Origin: Seison nebaliae | Taxonomy: Eukaryota | Assembly (NCBI GenBank): GCA_023231475.1 | Contig: JALJEE010002157.1 | Location: 62,001-103,006, forward strand | Length of the DNA: 41,006 nucleotides | Direction of reading: 5' to 3' | Part shown: one piece after another, positions 24,052 to 35,703 of the stretch | How positions within the stretch are numbered: position 1 is the first letter of the stretch | How the letters are laid out: each line of letters begins with the position of its first letter | Notes under the pieces: model-generated | Seen by the model: the letters and a program-made list of their open reading frames with translations, nothing else | The model's database searches: none | Told to the model about the DNA's origin: nothing | Translations under genes and position numbers: made by a program

Positions 24052-25632
24052 AAATGTTTTTCTTTTTCATAATTTCTCTAAAAAAAAGAAATTTATGATG
24101 GTGGGGAATGTTCATGTGATTTGCAGCAACCAAATTTGAAAGAGATATGGAGAAAAATATATTTCATTACGTAAAAGTCGATTGATATTCATGTGCCTTT
24201 AGGAGAAGAGAAGAGAAGAATAGTTCTGATGGAAACTGATATCCATTGGAGCGATATGAATGTAATGAGCGTTAAATAGAAATATCTAAAATGGAGAGGA
24301 AGAAAGATGTTTTTAACAATATCCGAAAAAAGTTTGTCTTATGATAAATTGAAGGAAGAATGTTGTAGTAAAGTAGTAATAGTAGTAGTGGTAGCGGAAG
24401 ATGTGCAATGATATTTGAATACAATTCTAATTGGTCGTCAATTCTCTTATTTGTTCTTATTCTTCTTTCGCTTTTCAGTCTTCTCCTTCTGTTTTCGTTG
24501 TCGACTCGTCATCGATTGATAGAGTTTCGAACCGGCAAATCCTGTTTATTATCATACAATAGAGCGTCCAAATAGAAAATGAAAACAAAATGAACCGATC
24601 AATGAAACGATAATCAAGGCTCCCAGAATGATCAGCCAATTTGGAATGATTGTTGAATGTGGACCGCGTCCTTTCAATTCCATCTTATCTTATCGTCTAA
24701 TAATTTATCTTCTAGAAAAAAACACAATTGTTGAGAAGATTGATTTGTTTTGGAAGGAGAATCATAACTAACTGGGAGAGAACAATTTCACTAAATGCTT
24801 TAGATGATGAAGTTAATGAATAAGATGATTTATTCAGTCTTCTTTTTTCAGTTTTATTTTATCTTAAACGAACAGAAAATTGCAAGGAAAAAATTTGAGA
24901 AGAGAAAATACTCACATCAATATAATTACCTTCCACTTCTAAGAATTGACTCAACATATTACCCTTATATCCAAAGTGCATACGCGACAATTTTTTCGAT
25001 TGACGTCAACTAGCTGGGTTACTTCAAAACTACCACAAATCCAACTATAACTTAACGAAAAATAGTTTTTGAATATTAAGCAAAACTTTATTTAATATGA
25101 TGAACTTTATAAATGAAATTAGGGACAGATTGCAATCAAATTAAACAATATACACATCAAGATATATCTAATCGATATTTTATTGGGAAAGCTAAAAATT
25201 TAAATATTTCTTCAAAATTTAAAATTAGATTAATTTCTTCAACATCTAATTTAAGTCAATGTTGAGAGTGTCCGTCTCTCTTTCTCACTACAAAGAGATA
25301 AAATTTCAATTAAAAGATGCCAATTATAGATTATGGAATGTAATCATTACATCAGTTTGTTGGGTTAAATATTTGTGAGGTAAATACTTACAATTATTAG
25401 AGATTATTATTGATAATAATAATAAGCTTAAAATTTAAATTGAAAAATTGAAAAATTGCGGATTACCATTAACTTGTAGAATATTGTGGGGAATTATCGA
25501 CAGAAAATATTTGCGAAACGTAAAAGCAAAACAAATATGGAATGAAAGTTGAAGGTGTATTTAAAGATTCAATCTCGAACAATTGAATAAGGAAATCTCA
25601 TTTTCATTTTTGATAATTCGTTCAAATTCACA

Positions 25633-28600
25633 ATGACACATGAGGTCGAAGAGTCGTCGTCCAGCATCAAAATTAACAATGACAAATCGGAGGCGGTCCT
25701 CTTTCCCGATCATATCTTTCAACAAAATCATGATATATTCACGGAGGTCGAGGAAAGATTTCAAAGGACGAATCATTCGATCGGTTTCTTATTATCTCCA
25801 TTGAAATTCCTTCAACGATTATCGTCAATTTAGGACACGTTTCTACAGAACAATCAAGAAATTCGATGAACGACGTCTTATCGGAACCGGGCGAAGACAA
25901 TGAGGACAACGAGAGAACGAATGATGAAATTTCTGATGTTCCGATTGAGAAGTTCGAATTGAAAAATCAATTAATCAAACAACAAGAAACTGAACGGTTA
26001 ATAATTTCAAATTTGAATTTTCCAAATATTTTCATGAAAACTAATCCAGATTGAAATATGACAGAAAAGAATCAGAATATGAGAAGGATAAATGTTCTTT
26101 TTATTTTCATGAAAATTGTTCATGAATATTTTTGTAGCTGAACAAATTTATCCAGATACTCTCAAAGGTTCTTTCTGTCCAGATATCACCGATTCGAAAT
26201 ATAAAGAATTGGAGATGTCGAACACATCTTATCAACGTATCAAAATTGATTTATCGAAAGAACATGATTATTTACCAAGTGATGAATTGAGAATGGCAAG
26301 TAAAGCATTATCGAAAGCGATGTTATTAAGAGAGAAATATATGGCATTATCTCTCCAATCATTTCCCGTAATGGTCGATACATATTTGAATAATATCTGT
26401 CATGATTCAGATGTGAAAGAATATCGGAATAAACATCAACAATGGCAAGTAAGTGATGATAATCAAGTCCCTCGAATTTCAAATTTGAAACGTTAGTAAA
26501 TTATTTTCGTTTCACTTGTGTATTCGAACCCTTCATTTATCTGCATTATTCACACATCTCTTCTTCTTCTTCTGAGAGTGAATTTTGAATTTTTAAATTT
26601 TGAGATTAATTTTGAAACCGTTTTGCTGATTCTCTGCATATCCATGTTGTTTGTCGAATGAATGATTTAGGGGAGAGAGAGAGAGAGAGATTTATCAATA
26701 ATTTTCTTCTCATCATCAATCATAGCGTTGCAGCAATCGTATAGTTATCATAATAATATGTCGATTGAGGATTTGGATGAGCGAAATAAATTTAGAAGAC
26801 TTCCAAGACTAATATCGATGAACGATTCTCACTTATCATTTGTTGCTCATCGCTATAAAGGTATAATCGAACAATATATTTTTCTCTAATTCTCACTCTG
26901 ATTTTTCTCCATAACATCAATCTCCGTCACAAATATTTTATATTCACGTCCATCCATTCGCCACTCCCTCTAGAAATATTCCCTTTCTCACTTTACTTTC
27001 TTCAATTTCTCTATTTATAACCAAAAATTCACCGCCACACAATCACCTGAATTAGATTAATTAAAATTTGTTTTGGAAAATTTTCAGATTTCCATTCATC
27101 GATACTATTGATGGTTTGTTTGACCATTTTCATTTCCTCAAAAATTTTAGTTCTTCATTCAATTACCAACGAAACAAATGCACAAAAGTCGTTGTTATTT
27201 GTTGTATTTTTAGAAGTTGATTCGATCGTCTTTGCTCTCACGAGAAAAATAGTCAAATTTCGTGGTTGTTTGTTTGTTTCTTTCCGAAAATCGTTCTTCC
27301 ATTTCAATGGCGCACACATGTAGAGAAGAGAATTGGAATTTTGATGATAAAATAAAATTGTCTTTTCTAGAAGTTGGAATGACGAAAGTGACCGAATTAC
27401 CTGAAACTAATCGAGATCGAGAAGACGAAAAAGAAGAAAAAGAAGATCCCTTCATATTTGTACCACCTCCACGAACAACTGTCGAACATGATTGGAAATT
27501 ATCCATGGGTGATGATGGTGTAGTTCATGTTCAACGGAAACGAAAATCGATTGAAACTTGGAAAGAAATTGAGAAAGACGATCAATTTTATCATATGCCA
27601 TCAATTGATGAATTTAAAAAAGATTTCAATTTCCTTCAATGGATGATCAGTCATGGACCATTGAAATCATTTTGTTATCGTCGACTCGAATATTTGAAAT
27701 GTAAGTACGATATGCACACTCTCTTAAATGAGGTGACGGAAGTATTGGAACAGAAACAGGTTCCACATCGTGATTTCTATAACGTTCGAAAAGTTGACAC
27801 TCACGTTCACGCTTCCTCTTGTATGAATCACAAACATTTATTAAGATTTATTAAGAAGAAAATGAGAACATGTGCTGATATGGAAGTATTCAAAGATAAA
27901 TCTAGCGGTAAACTTATGACTTTGAAAGAAGTTTTCGATTCATTGAATTTAACACCATATGATTTGAATGTAGATATGTTGGATGTACATGCTGATAGAA
28001 ATACATTTCATCGATTTGATAAATTCAATGCGAAATATAATCCGATAGGTGAAAGTAAATTACGAGAAATCTTCATTAAAACAGACAATCATATCGGCGG
28101 GAAATTTTTCGCAGAATTATTGAATGAAGTAATGAGTGATTTGGATGGAAGTAAATATCAGAATGCCGAACCAAGATTATCGATTTATGGTCGTAATTCT
28201 GATGAATGGGAAAAACTGGCGAAATGGGCCATAGCAAATAAAGTTTATTCAACGAATGTTCGATTTATGATACAATTCCCTCGTCTTTATGATATTTTCA
28301 AAGGAAATGATTTCGTCGAAAATTTCAACGAAATGCTCGAAAATATTTTCATGCCACTCTTCAAAGCGACAGCGGAACCGTCGAAATATCCAGAATTACA
28401 CACTTTCTTACGATATGTCTCCGGATTCGATTCGGTAGATGATGAATCGAAACCAGAAGGAATTCCATTCGAGAGAAATCGTAACAATATTTTACCGTCA
28501 CAATGGAATTTCAAAACGAATCCTCCATACGCTTATTACATCTATTATTTGTATGCGAATATTCGAGTTCTAAATCAATTCCGACGAGAACGATATATGC

Positions 28601-29178
28601 CAACATTTACTCTACGACCACATACGGGAGAAGCTGGTGCAAGTAATCATTTAATCGCATCTTTCCTCACTTCCGAATCCATCAATCATGGTCTGCTCTT
28701 ACGGAAAGTTCCAGTATTACAATATCTTTATTATCTTTGTCAAATCGGAATTGCAATTTCTCCTTTGTCAAACAATTCACTCTTTCTCAATTACAATAGA
28801 AATCCATTTCCTGATTATCATGCACGAGGACTGCACGTTTCATTATCAAGTGATGATCCGTTACAATTCCATTTTACAAGAGAACCATTAATTGAAGAAT
28901 ATAGTATCGCTGCACAAATTTGGAAATTAAGTTCCGTTGACATGTGTGAATTGGCACGAAATTCCGTTTTGATGTCCGGTTTCCCTCATCCCACTAAACA
29001 ATATTGGTTAGGCGATTCATATGACAAATGTATTCCTGTTGATGAAATTTCGAAAACGAACGTACCGAAAACTCGATTAATTTATCGATACGAATGTTTA
29101 AAAGATGAATTCACCCTACTTAAACGAGCCATCGATTCAGCATTGGCCGAAGACAAGAATTTCTTGTCCATTAAATAA
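25633..29178 (+). CDS. AMPD: AMP deaminase (AMPD2-like); at least 5 exons
   Basis: [52 protein letters not shown] and [11 protein letters not shown]. Upstream exons join in frame via introns 25784-25833, 25997-26049, 26094-26137 and 26492-27370. Confidence 0.95.
26673..26690. repeat. (GA)9 tract inside the long AMPD intron
   Basis: Perfect GA run about 70 bp upstream of a candidate alternative first exon. Confidence 0.85.
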
Positions 29179-30287
29179 TTTTATGAGAAATTAATTTTTC
29201 ATTCTTTTTCGTTGATACTCAAAATTAAATGTCTAGAACCATTTTTATATTTATATTATTTATTCGAATTATATTCCTTAAAAGTTAGATCATTTTAATC
29301 TTTACAATTTGTTAGATCAAATTTATTTAGAAATTCTTTCTCCAATACTCTCATACTCATTTCATTCTTATTTAATCATCTCTTTTCTTTATACACGAAT
29401 CATTTATTCCATCTTCTCCAACTATTTTACTCATTAGTTTTCTTTATTAAACTTTTAGTAGTTTTCATCTAATTACTTTTACTATAAAACGCTGATAAAA
29501 ACGATGAAAATATTTTAAAAATTGATTAATTAAAAATTTTTTTCAGTAAATTTCTCAAATTTTCAAGTATTTTTTGGACATAAAGAAAATTATTGTGAAC
29601 TGAAATAATTCTAAAATTTAAAATTATTTATCTGATAATTATCAGATTTATTTAATATCAGATAAATAAAATTAAACTCCATTAATGGAGTTGTGATGAT
29701 CAAAATATATGTGTTCGGAAAAAGTAAATTTTGTTCGTTATTCGTATTCAAAATAATTTGCACGATGAATTTTTTATCAGTCCAACTGAATATTTTGCTT
29801 AGCCAACTTTGTGAGTTAGTTATTAAATTTGTGAACCAAAAGCAATTGGAAAAACCAATATCGTTTGTCCAAAAATGGACAACAGTTAACTTCACAACGT
29901 TATGAATAAAAACAATTTTTTAAAATAAAACCTTTAAAGAATCAATATGGACGAAAATCTCCCAAATTTTTCGGAAGTTGATGGATTTTTCAGTCAATTT
30001 GAGGAATGAATAATATTATTTTTTCTCATTTTATGAATAAAATTCCTAACAACTGTAAGAGTAATCGGTTTTTATTTTCATTCAATTATTTGTCATTTGA
30101 ATAATTTTCAAAATCAGCTAACTCAAAATGTAAGTTAAAATGTATAAACTTAATGCACATAAGGTTTAAAGATTTGATTGAAATGTTAGTCACAAATATT
30201 TGCCAAGCAATATATGTCAATTCATTTATCGCTATAAATGTAAATGCATGACTTCTTCAACAACTGAAACTATTATATTTTTCAGGA

Positions 30288-30968
30288 ATGATCTTCATAT
30301 TTCAAATTGGATTGTGTTCCTTCCTTTTCATGTTAACTTGTCAAGAGGAAGTGCTTTATAAACGGAATGGTCGACCAAACAGAAATAATATGGTTCTCGA
30401 TCTGCATCGTAGTGTTGAATGTGCTAATGATGTTTCATGTTTGGGAATTCATTCGAACGGCTCAAAATGTAAGGAGAATTGTGAAGAAATTTATTTAACA
30501 GAAAACAAATTGCCAATAAGAGATTGCACGAAAGTGATTCCTGTGGATCATACTTTACCACAAGTAATTTCAACATTCGTTAATTCTACTTACTTCTTTG
30601 GTAGATCATGGCAAGAATTTAAATGCGGATTCTACATTGATGCGAATAACTTCTATTTAGGAAACGATTATCTCTATAGACTTACAAAAGATAAAGATAT
30701 GATTAAAGCCGATTTGAATTACGGATCTATGAAGAATTGGATGCAAAATTGGACTATCGGACCTGAAGAAACGTTTTACAAAATACACTTTGACCAAGTT
30801 GACCAATTGTTAACAGGTAACGGACGATTTGTTTTGATAAAGAACGGCACGGAATTCAGAGTAAAAGATGTACGAAATTTGGACAATTGTGGTGAAAATG
30901 ATATTTATGGATTTTGGTTTATTGATTGCAATTTATCTGAAAACATGCGGTTAAGAGTATTACAATAA
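30288..30968 (+). CDS. Secreted fibrinogen-related domain (FReD) protein with a Cys-rich PAN/apple-like N-terminal segment
   Basis: Signal peptide MIFIFQIGLCSFLFMLTCQ. FFGRSWQEFKCGF...FYLGNDYLYRLT, WTIGPEETFYKI and NCG...GFWFIDC match the fibrinogen C-terminal consensus (F-x-R-x-W-x-x-Y-K-x-G-F...FWLGN...LT). Confidence 0.8.
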   Translation: MIFIFQIGLCSFLFMLTCQEEVLYKRNGRPNRNNMVLDLHRSVECANDVSCLGIHSNGSKCKENCEEIYLTENKLPIRDCTKVIPVDHTLPQVISTFVNSTYFFGRSWQEFKCGFYIDANNFYLGNDYLYRLTKDKDMIKADLNYGSMKNWMQNWTIGPEETFYKIHFDQVDQLLTGNGRFVLIKNGTEFRVKDVRNLDNCGENDIYGFWFIDCNLSENMRLRVLQ

Positions 30969-31222
30969 AACAAATATGTTTCGTTATTTAAAATGAACCA
31001 TAATTTTAATTTTTTTAGGTCATTTACTGCATGAAAAATTCTTACGATAAATTCTTTTTTATAATAATTCTTACAGATATTTGAACTAAATAAAATAGTT
31101 GAACAAGAAAATTGAGCAATTTTACAGAATTTACTTACCAATATTGGTCGTTTTCTTTTATAACACTTTAGTCATAAATTTGGGAATTAATTAGTTATTA
31201 TAATTAAGAATAAGAATTGAAG

Positions 31223-33092
31223 TTATTTATTTGTAAAAAATGTAATAAGAATATTAGCCCAAGGATTTCCTTTCGCTAAATCAGGTGGTAATTGAGTAAT
31301 GGTTTCCTTAACATCATCCACATTCCTCAAATTAACCATGTTACCGATATGACTATTATCCTTCAATATATTTGATATCGAACCTTTGGGTGTCTCATAT
31401 ACGTCGGACTTAAATTTCTCTAAATAATCATTATGAATGATATGTTATAATATAAAATAGAATTAAACCGATTAGAAACGAATTTAATCTATTTAAATAA
31501 TCTTTGACTGGTTCGACTAAAGCAGTTTTCATTAAATTAGTAACACATCCTTCTGTAAATAATGCCGGCATTCTAATCATTTTCGTCTATTCATATGAAA
31601 TATTTATTAATATGAGAATCGTTAAAAATTTAACTGCATTCTTTCCTCTATCAAATATTTTTGGTGATATTAATGGAGGGAAAAAACCGAACAGAGGAAA
31701 CTAAACGAAAAAAATTTTTCAAATTTGAAATTCCACTAACCATCATCCAAATCAATGTTTCTTCGCAAGAAATTTTCGCAGTTTCAATGAGTTTGGGTCG
31801 ATGTGAATAAATTTGTCCCAATAAGAACTCCAAATTCTCATTCTTAAAATAATGGTTGGTCATTAGTTGTTTCGTGAGTTTCGTTGTACAGGAAGTAGTT
31901 TCGTAATTTTTCTGAAGAAAATCTAAGTAAATCTTAAGAAGTCAATTACGTCATTAAGTTTAGCCTGAAATTAAATTATGACTAACAGACGGGAACATTT
32001 TATAGTCGATCAACAAATTCACTATTAAATGAAATTGAAAAAATAAATGAAAAAAGAATGAACTGTATTCGGTTATATCTTTTTGTGACAACTTCAGAAG
32101 AATCTCGTCATGTTCTGGTTGGATTAATAAATGGTCTAATAATAATAGTTTCAAATCGTCCGTATTATGAAATGTTATTTCCGATGTTATAATCACAAAT
32201 AGTGCTGCGGCATATCTATCAGCTGTTGGATGATTTTTATATTCTTTTTCGTTCGACACTATTTCCTGTTTAAAAGCATCAGATATCAATATTGAATTAC
32301 TTATAAATGAGAAAGGGAACTCTGATATATGTTAATAATATGGAAATAGTTATATTTCCTTTCAAATATGTAGGACAATAAATTAATGAATGAAATTTTG
32401 AGAAGCATTTGTGTAAGGAAGTTGTATTTCCTTTTTCAATTTCGGCTAAATGACCAAGAATTTTACCTTTTCTCAAAGTTATTCTCATAGTTTCCTATAA
32501 AATGCATAACAAATTTTAGGAAGATATTAAATGATTTTAGATTACTCATTCTAACAAATAATCCTCGGTTGATATACAAATTTCCAACTAATAATATTAT
32601 GTTAGAATGGAGGGGATTTAAATAACGAATAACATTTCACTCGTTTCGAGAGCCGACAACCGCTTTTCACACGTTTCATAAAATGTTTATAATCAATCGA
32701 ATATTCTAAATTTAACATAAACAAATGGATAAAGTTGAAATATTAAAAAAATAGTTTTGTACCTTGATATGTAGTTAACGATTTACTTAAGCCCTTTAAG
32801 TAACAGTTTGAATATTTTAGGGCTGATTCATCTTAATTCATTTAAAGTATTAACTTTTCTCATGATCATTTGAAATTCTAACAATTGTTCACTAATTTAT
32901 TTTTGCATTTGAAGTATTTGGAGACTCTCTGACTTAGGGGAAGTTGTGCGGCTCTCATTCGTCTCAATTTTTCAAGAAAACCTTTAGCTAAAACACAGTA
33001 ATTTTAATTCTGAGTTAGAAATGAAGAATTTTTAAAAACTGACAATTGTGTATGCATAGAATACTTGTAAAGAAAAGAAGTATTAGATTCAT
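31223..33092 (-). CDS. Hypothetical secreted protein, ~12 exons, no recognised family
   Basis: ATG 33092 gives MNLILLFFTSILCIHNSKG (signal-like). Eleven short GT-AG introns join exons without stops through ...GLFETMRITLRKG...REIVSNEKEY...WMMFPLFGFFPPLISPKIFD...PPDLAKGNPWANILITFFTNK*. Confidence 0.65.
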
Positions 33093-34041
33093 TGGAGAAT
33101 GAGAAAAATAAAGTGAGGAAATTAAAATAAGTCAAATTAAAAATTATCATCTACTTTTCGATTTTCTTATGCTTTCATAGTAGAGTTGCGAAATCAACTT
33201 TCACAGATTATTAAGCTTAAAAATTTTTAAGATCTTACAATTACATTTATAGTCCCGAACACTTGTGAAGCATTATAAAATTGACTAGTTGAGTATTCTT
33301 ATACCTTAAGCTTAAGATTGAAAAATTCATTAAGTAGATTAATGTACATTATCAACCTATCTATTATGGAATCAAAGTTCTTTTGGGTAGATTTAAATAA
33401 AAATCATAATATGATGCTTTGTTAGATCTAACGTTTTGCATTTTTCTTTTATTGAGCATACAATTGGATTGATTGGATAATTTGGATTTTCGGTGAAACC
33501 ATCCTCCGTTCTTATTGGTGTCCTTATTTTATAATGTATTTAAATTGGGATTTCTTTTTCTTAATTAAAAAAAAGGATTGGTAAAACTCTTTATTTTTTT
33601 AACTTTTATGTTAAAAAATCTTTATGTTAATTTTCAGAACAATTAAAAAATTCCTAAAAAAAAAATTTAAAACAAAAGAATATTAGACTTCTCCCAAAGA
33701 ATTTAGTAATAAAACTTTAAAAATTAAAAAGTGCACTTAATTTCTCCCGCGGAATGTGAGGTACACCAAATATTCATTAAAAATCCGTCGCTTTACTATA
33801 AAATCGGACGAAAATTTTGTGAGTTTATCAAATTTTAAAAAGTGTGCTGAATTTTGATTATCTAACAATATAAGCTTAAATTTCAAAATGATAAATAATA
33901 TAATTCAAAATAGTCCAGTTCTAGACGATTTTAATTAGATGGCAAAAATATTTTGTTCGTATTCGTTTGAATTACGTCTAACTAAAGAGAGAAGAATTTG
34001 TATCGATCGCGATTTTTCATAATTAAATAGTTTCAGTATTT

Positions 34042-35493
34042 ATGGATAACCATAAAGAGAATCGTAAACCGGAAAACCGGTCAAATAGTGAATTTTGGGA
34101 CAGACAAAGTTTGATCGAACAGATAGATGCTGTCGTGAAGCAAAATTATTTCCAGAAGAAAGCGGAAACTGCGGAAAGGAGAAAATGTGATCCAATTGAC
34201 GATATTGAAGATTATGAGTCGATGACATTGGATTTTGGGGAGAAAAATGAAACGACGACATTGCCAATTAATAAGACGAATAATAAACGATATTATTTCC
34301 TGGGTATTCTTCTAGTTGTTTTTTCTTCGATGTTATTGAAATGGAGGATTGATGTTATACGGAATAGATCATTATCAGATGTTAAATTGATTAATAAAAT
34401 GGAACAAAAAATTTCTTCTAAATTATTGAAAGGAGAGAGAGTTTTAATGAAGAATCGTGAATGGGAAGCATTGTCACAAGCATTCTACAATAATAAATCG
34501 ACATTTTTCAAGAGAATTCCAGAAAATTCTTTACTCCAAATTATTACTCTCAAATTCAACGATTTCATTTCGAAAGGAAAACAATTAAGTAATTCAAAAA
34601 TCGAAGAATTCAAACCGATAATATCTTCAATTTCTCTCTATCTCCACCAAAAAACCAAACGAGTATTATCTTTCTTTTTCGTGGTGTTTATTGATAAAAT
34701 AATACCAAATATTTCTTCTCTTTCTATCTATTTGTTCGATGAAACTTGTTCGATTTTAGTCAGTCTTGGTGATCAACTAGTAGAAAATAGTTCTCCTACT
34801 TCTGTCCGTATAATGCGTAAGATAAAAGACGAAATTATTCCCATGATTTTCAACAAAATTCTTGAACTTTTCCATTGGATATACAGTCTTCCTTTCTATT
34901 CGAGATTTACAATTCAAACATCATTTCTTGTAATATTTATATATTTTACGAAACGACAAATTCGACGAAGAAGAATGTGGAAACGATTCTCCAAATATCT
35001 CATAGAACAATTGGAGAAATATATAGCAAATGAAAGAATTCGGTCGAAGTCAGTTATTTTAATTAAGAAATTATCGAAGAAATTGAAAATTGATCCAACG
35101 AACAAAGAGGAAGTTGAAGTGTTTAATAATGTTGTGTTAAAGATTAGTTTTAAATATCGATTCAAAGTTAGATATTGTTGGGACAGGATTGAGAATGGAG
35201 AGAAAGTTTGGATTTGGAGATTTTTGGAATCAGTGGCTATTGAAGAATTTGAAAGGAAAAATGTGAGACCACCGCGAATAATTGAAGTGACACGATTAGA
35301 TGGTGGTAATATGGATAAATCTGGAATGGACGTTCAATTTAAATTGCAAGATGTGCCTTATATGCAAATGAAGATGGGACAAACCAAAAAGTCTTTGATT
35401 ATTAAATTTCGGGGAAATATTTCATTCAAGAAAGGAGTAATGGGTATACAAAGAAAAAAACTTTACAAAATCAAAATGTTGGAAGAATATTAA
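34042..35493 (+). CDS. Divergent MAN1/LEM2 (MSC-domain)-like inner nuclear membrane protein, 483 aa
   Basis: Two TM segments (YYFLGILLVVFSSMLL; FTIQTSFLVIFIYF) followed by a basic stretch. EVFNNVVLKISFKYRFKVRYCWDRIENGEKVWIWRF resembles the MSC winged-helix end (..RV....RI.G....VWRW). The C-terminus looks like an RRM/UHM beta-alpha-beta. Confidence 0.5.
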   Translation: MDNHKENRKPENRSNSEFWDRQSLIEQIDAVVKQNYFQKKAETAERRKCDPIDDIEDYESMTLDFGEKNETTTLPINKTNNKRYYFLGILLVVFSSMLLKWRIDVIRNRSLSDVKLINKMEQKISSKLLKGERVLMKNREWEALSQAFYNNKSTFFKRIPENSLLQIITLKFNDFISKGKQLSNSKIEEFKPIISSISLYLHQKTKRVLSFFFVVFIDKIIPNISSLSIYLFDETCSILVSLGDQLVENSSPTSVRIMRKIKDEIIPMIFNKILELFHWIYSLPFYSRFTIQTSFLVIFIYFTKRQIRRRRMWKRFSKYLIEQLEKYIANERIRSKSVILIKKLSKKLKIDPTNKEEVEVFNNVVLKISFKYRFKVRYCWDRIENGEKVWIWRFLESVAIEEFERKNVRPPRIIEVTRLDGGNMDKSGMDVQFKLQDVPYMQMKMGQTKKSLIIKFRGNISFKKGVMGIQRKKLYKIKMLEEY

Positions 35494-35703
35494 TGATATG
35501 TATATCATTTATCATGATCAAATATATTCTATCGGATACATTTTTTATTTCGAATTTTATTTGCAATAAAAATTTTCTTTTAAAATTTCTTCATAATTCA
35601 AAATTTATATTTTTTTTAAAATTTTTCGATTTCTTTCCAAATTAAATTTTTTTCGATTTATTTTATTTTTTAGTTAATTTCGAAGCGTTTCCATTTTCTT
35701 CAA

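Noticed and set aside
25334..25343. TGGAATGTAA matches the 5' end of miR-1
   Set aside because: The match stops after 10 nt and there is no convincing precursor hairpin.
27214..27370. ORF-track start of AMPD at 27262, and an in-frame [12 protein letters not shown] resembling the AMPD LLREKY helix (possible stop readthrough)
   Set aside because: The true LLREKY helix is in the upstream exon, and a good acceptor at 27370 explains the frame. The resemblance is short.
29685..30013. Possible small spliced gene on the + strand between AMPD and the FReD gene
   Set aside because: Some exon-like pieces exist, but I could not build a consistent start-to-stop model.
31651..31700. FFPPLISPKIFD resembles the RasGAP signature FLRFFxPAIxSP
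   Set aside because: The FLR and arginine-finger motifs are absent and the spliced protein begins with a signal peptide, so the match is probably chance.
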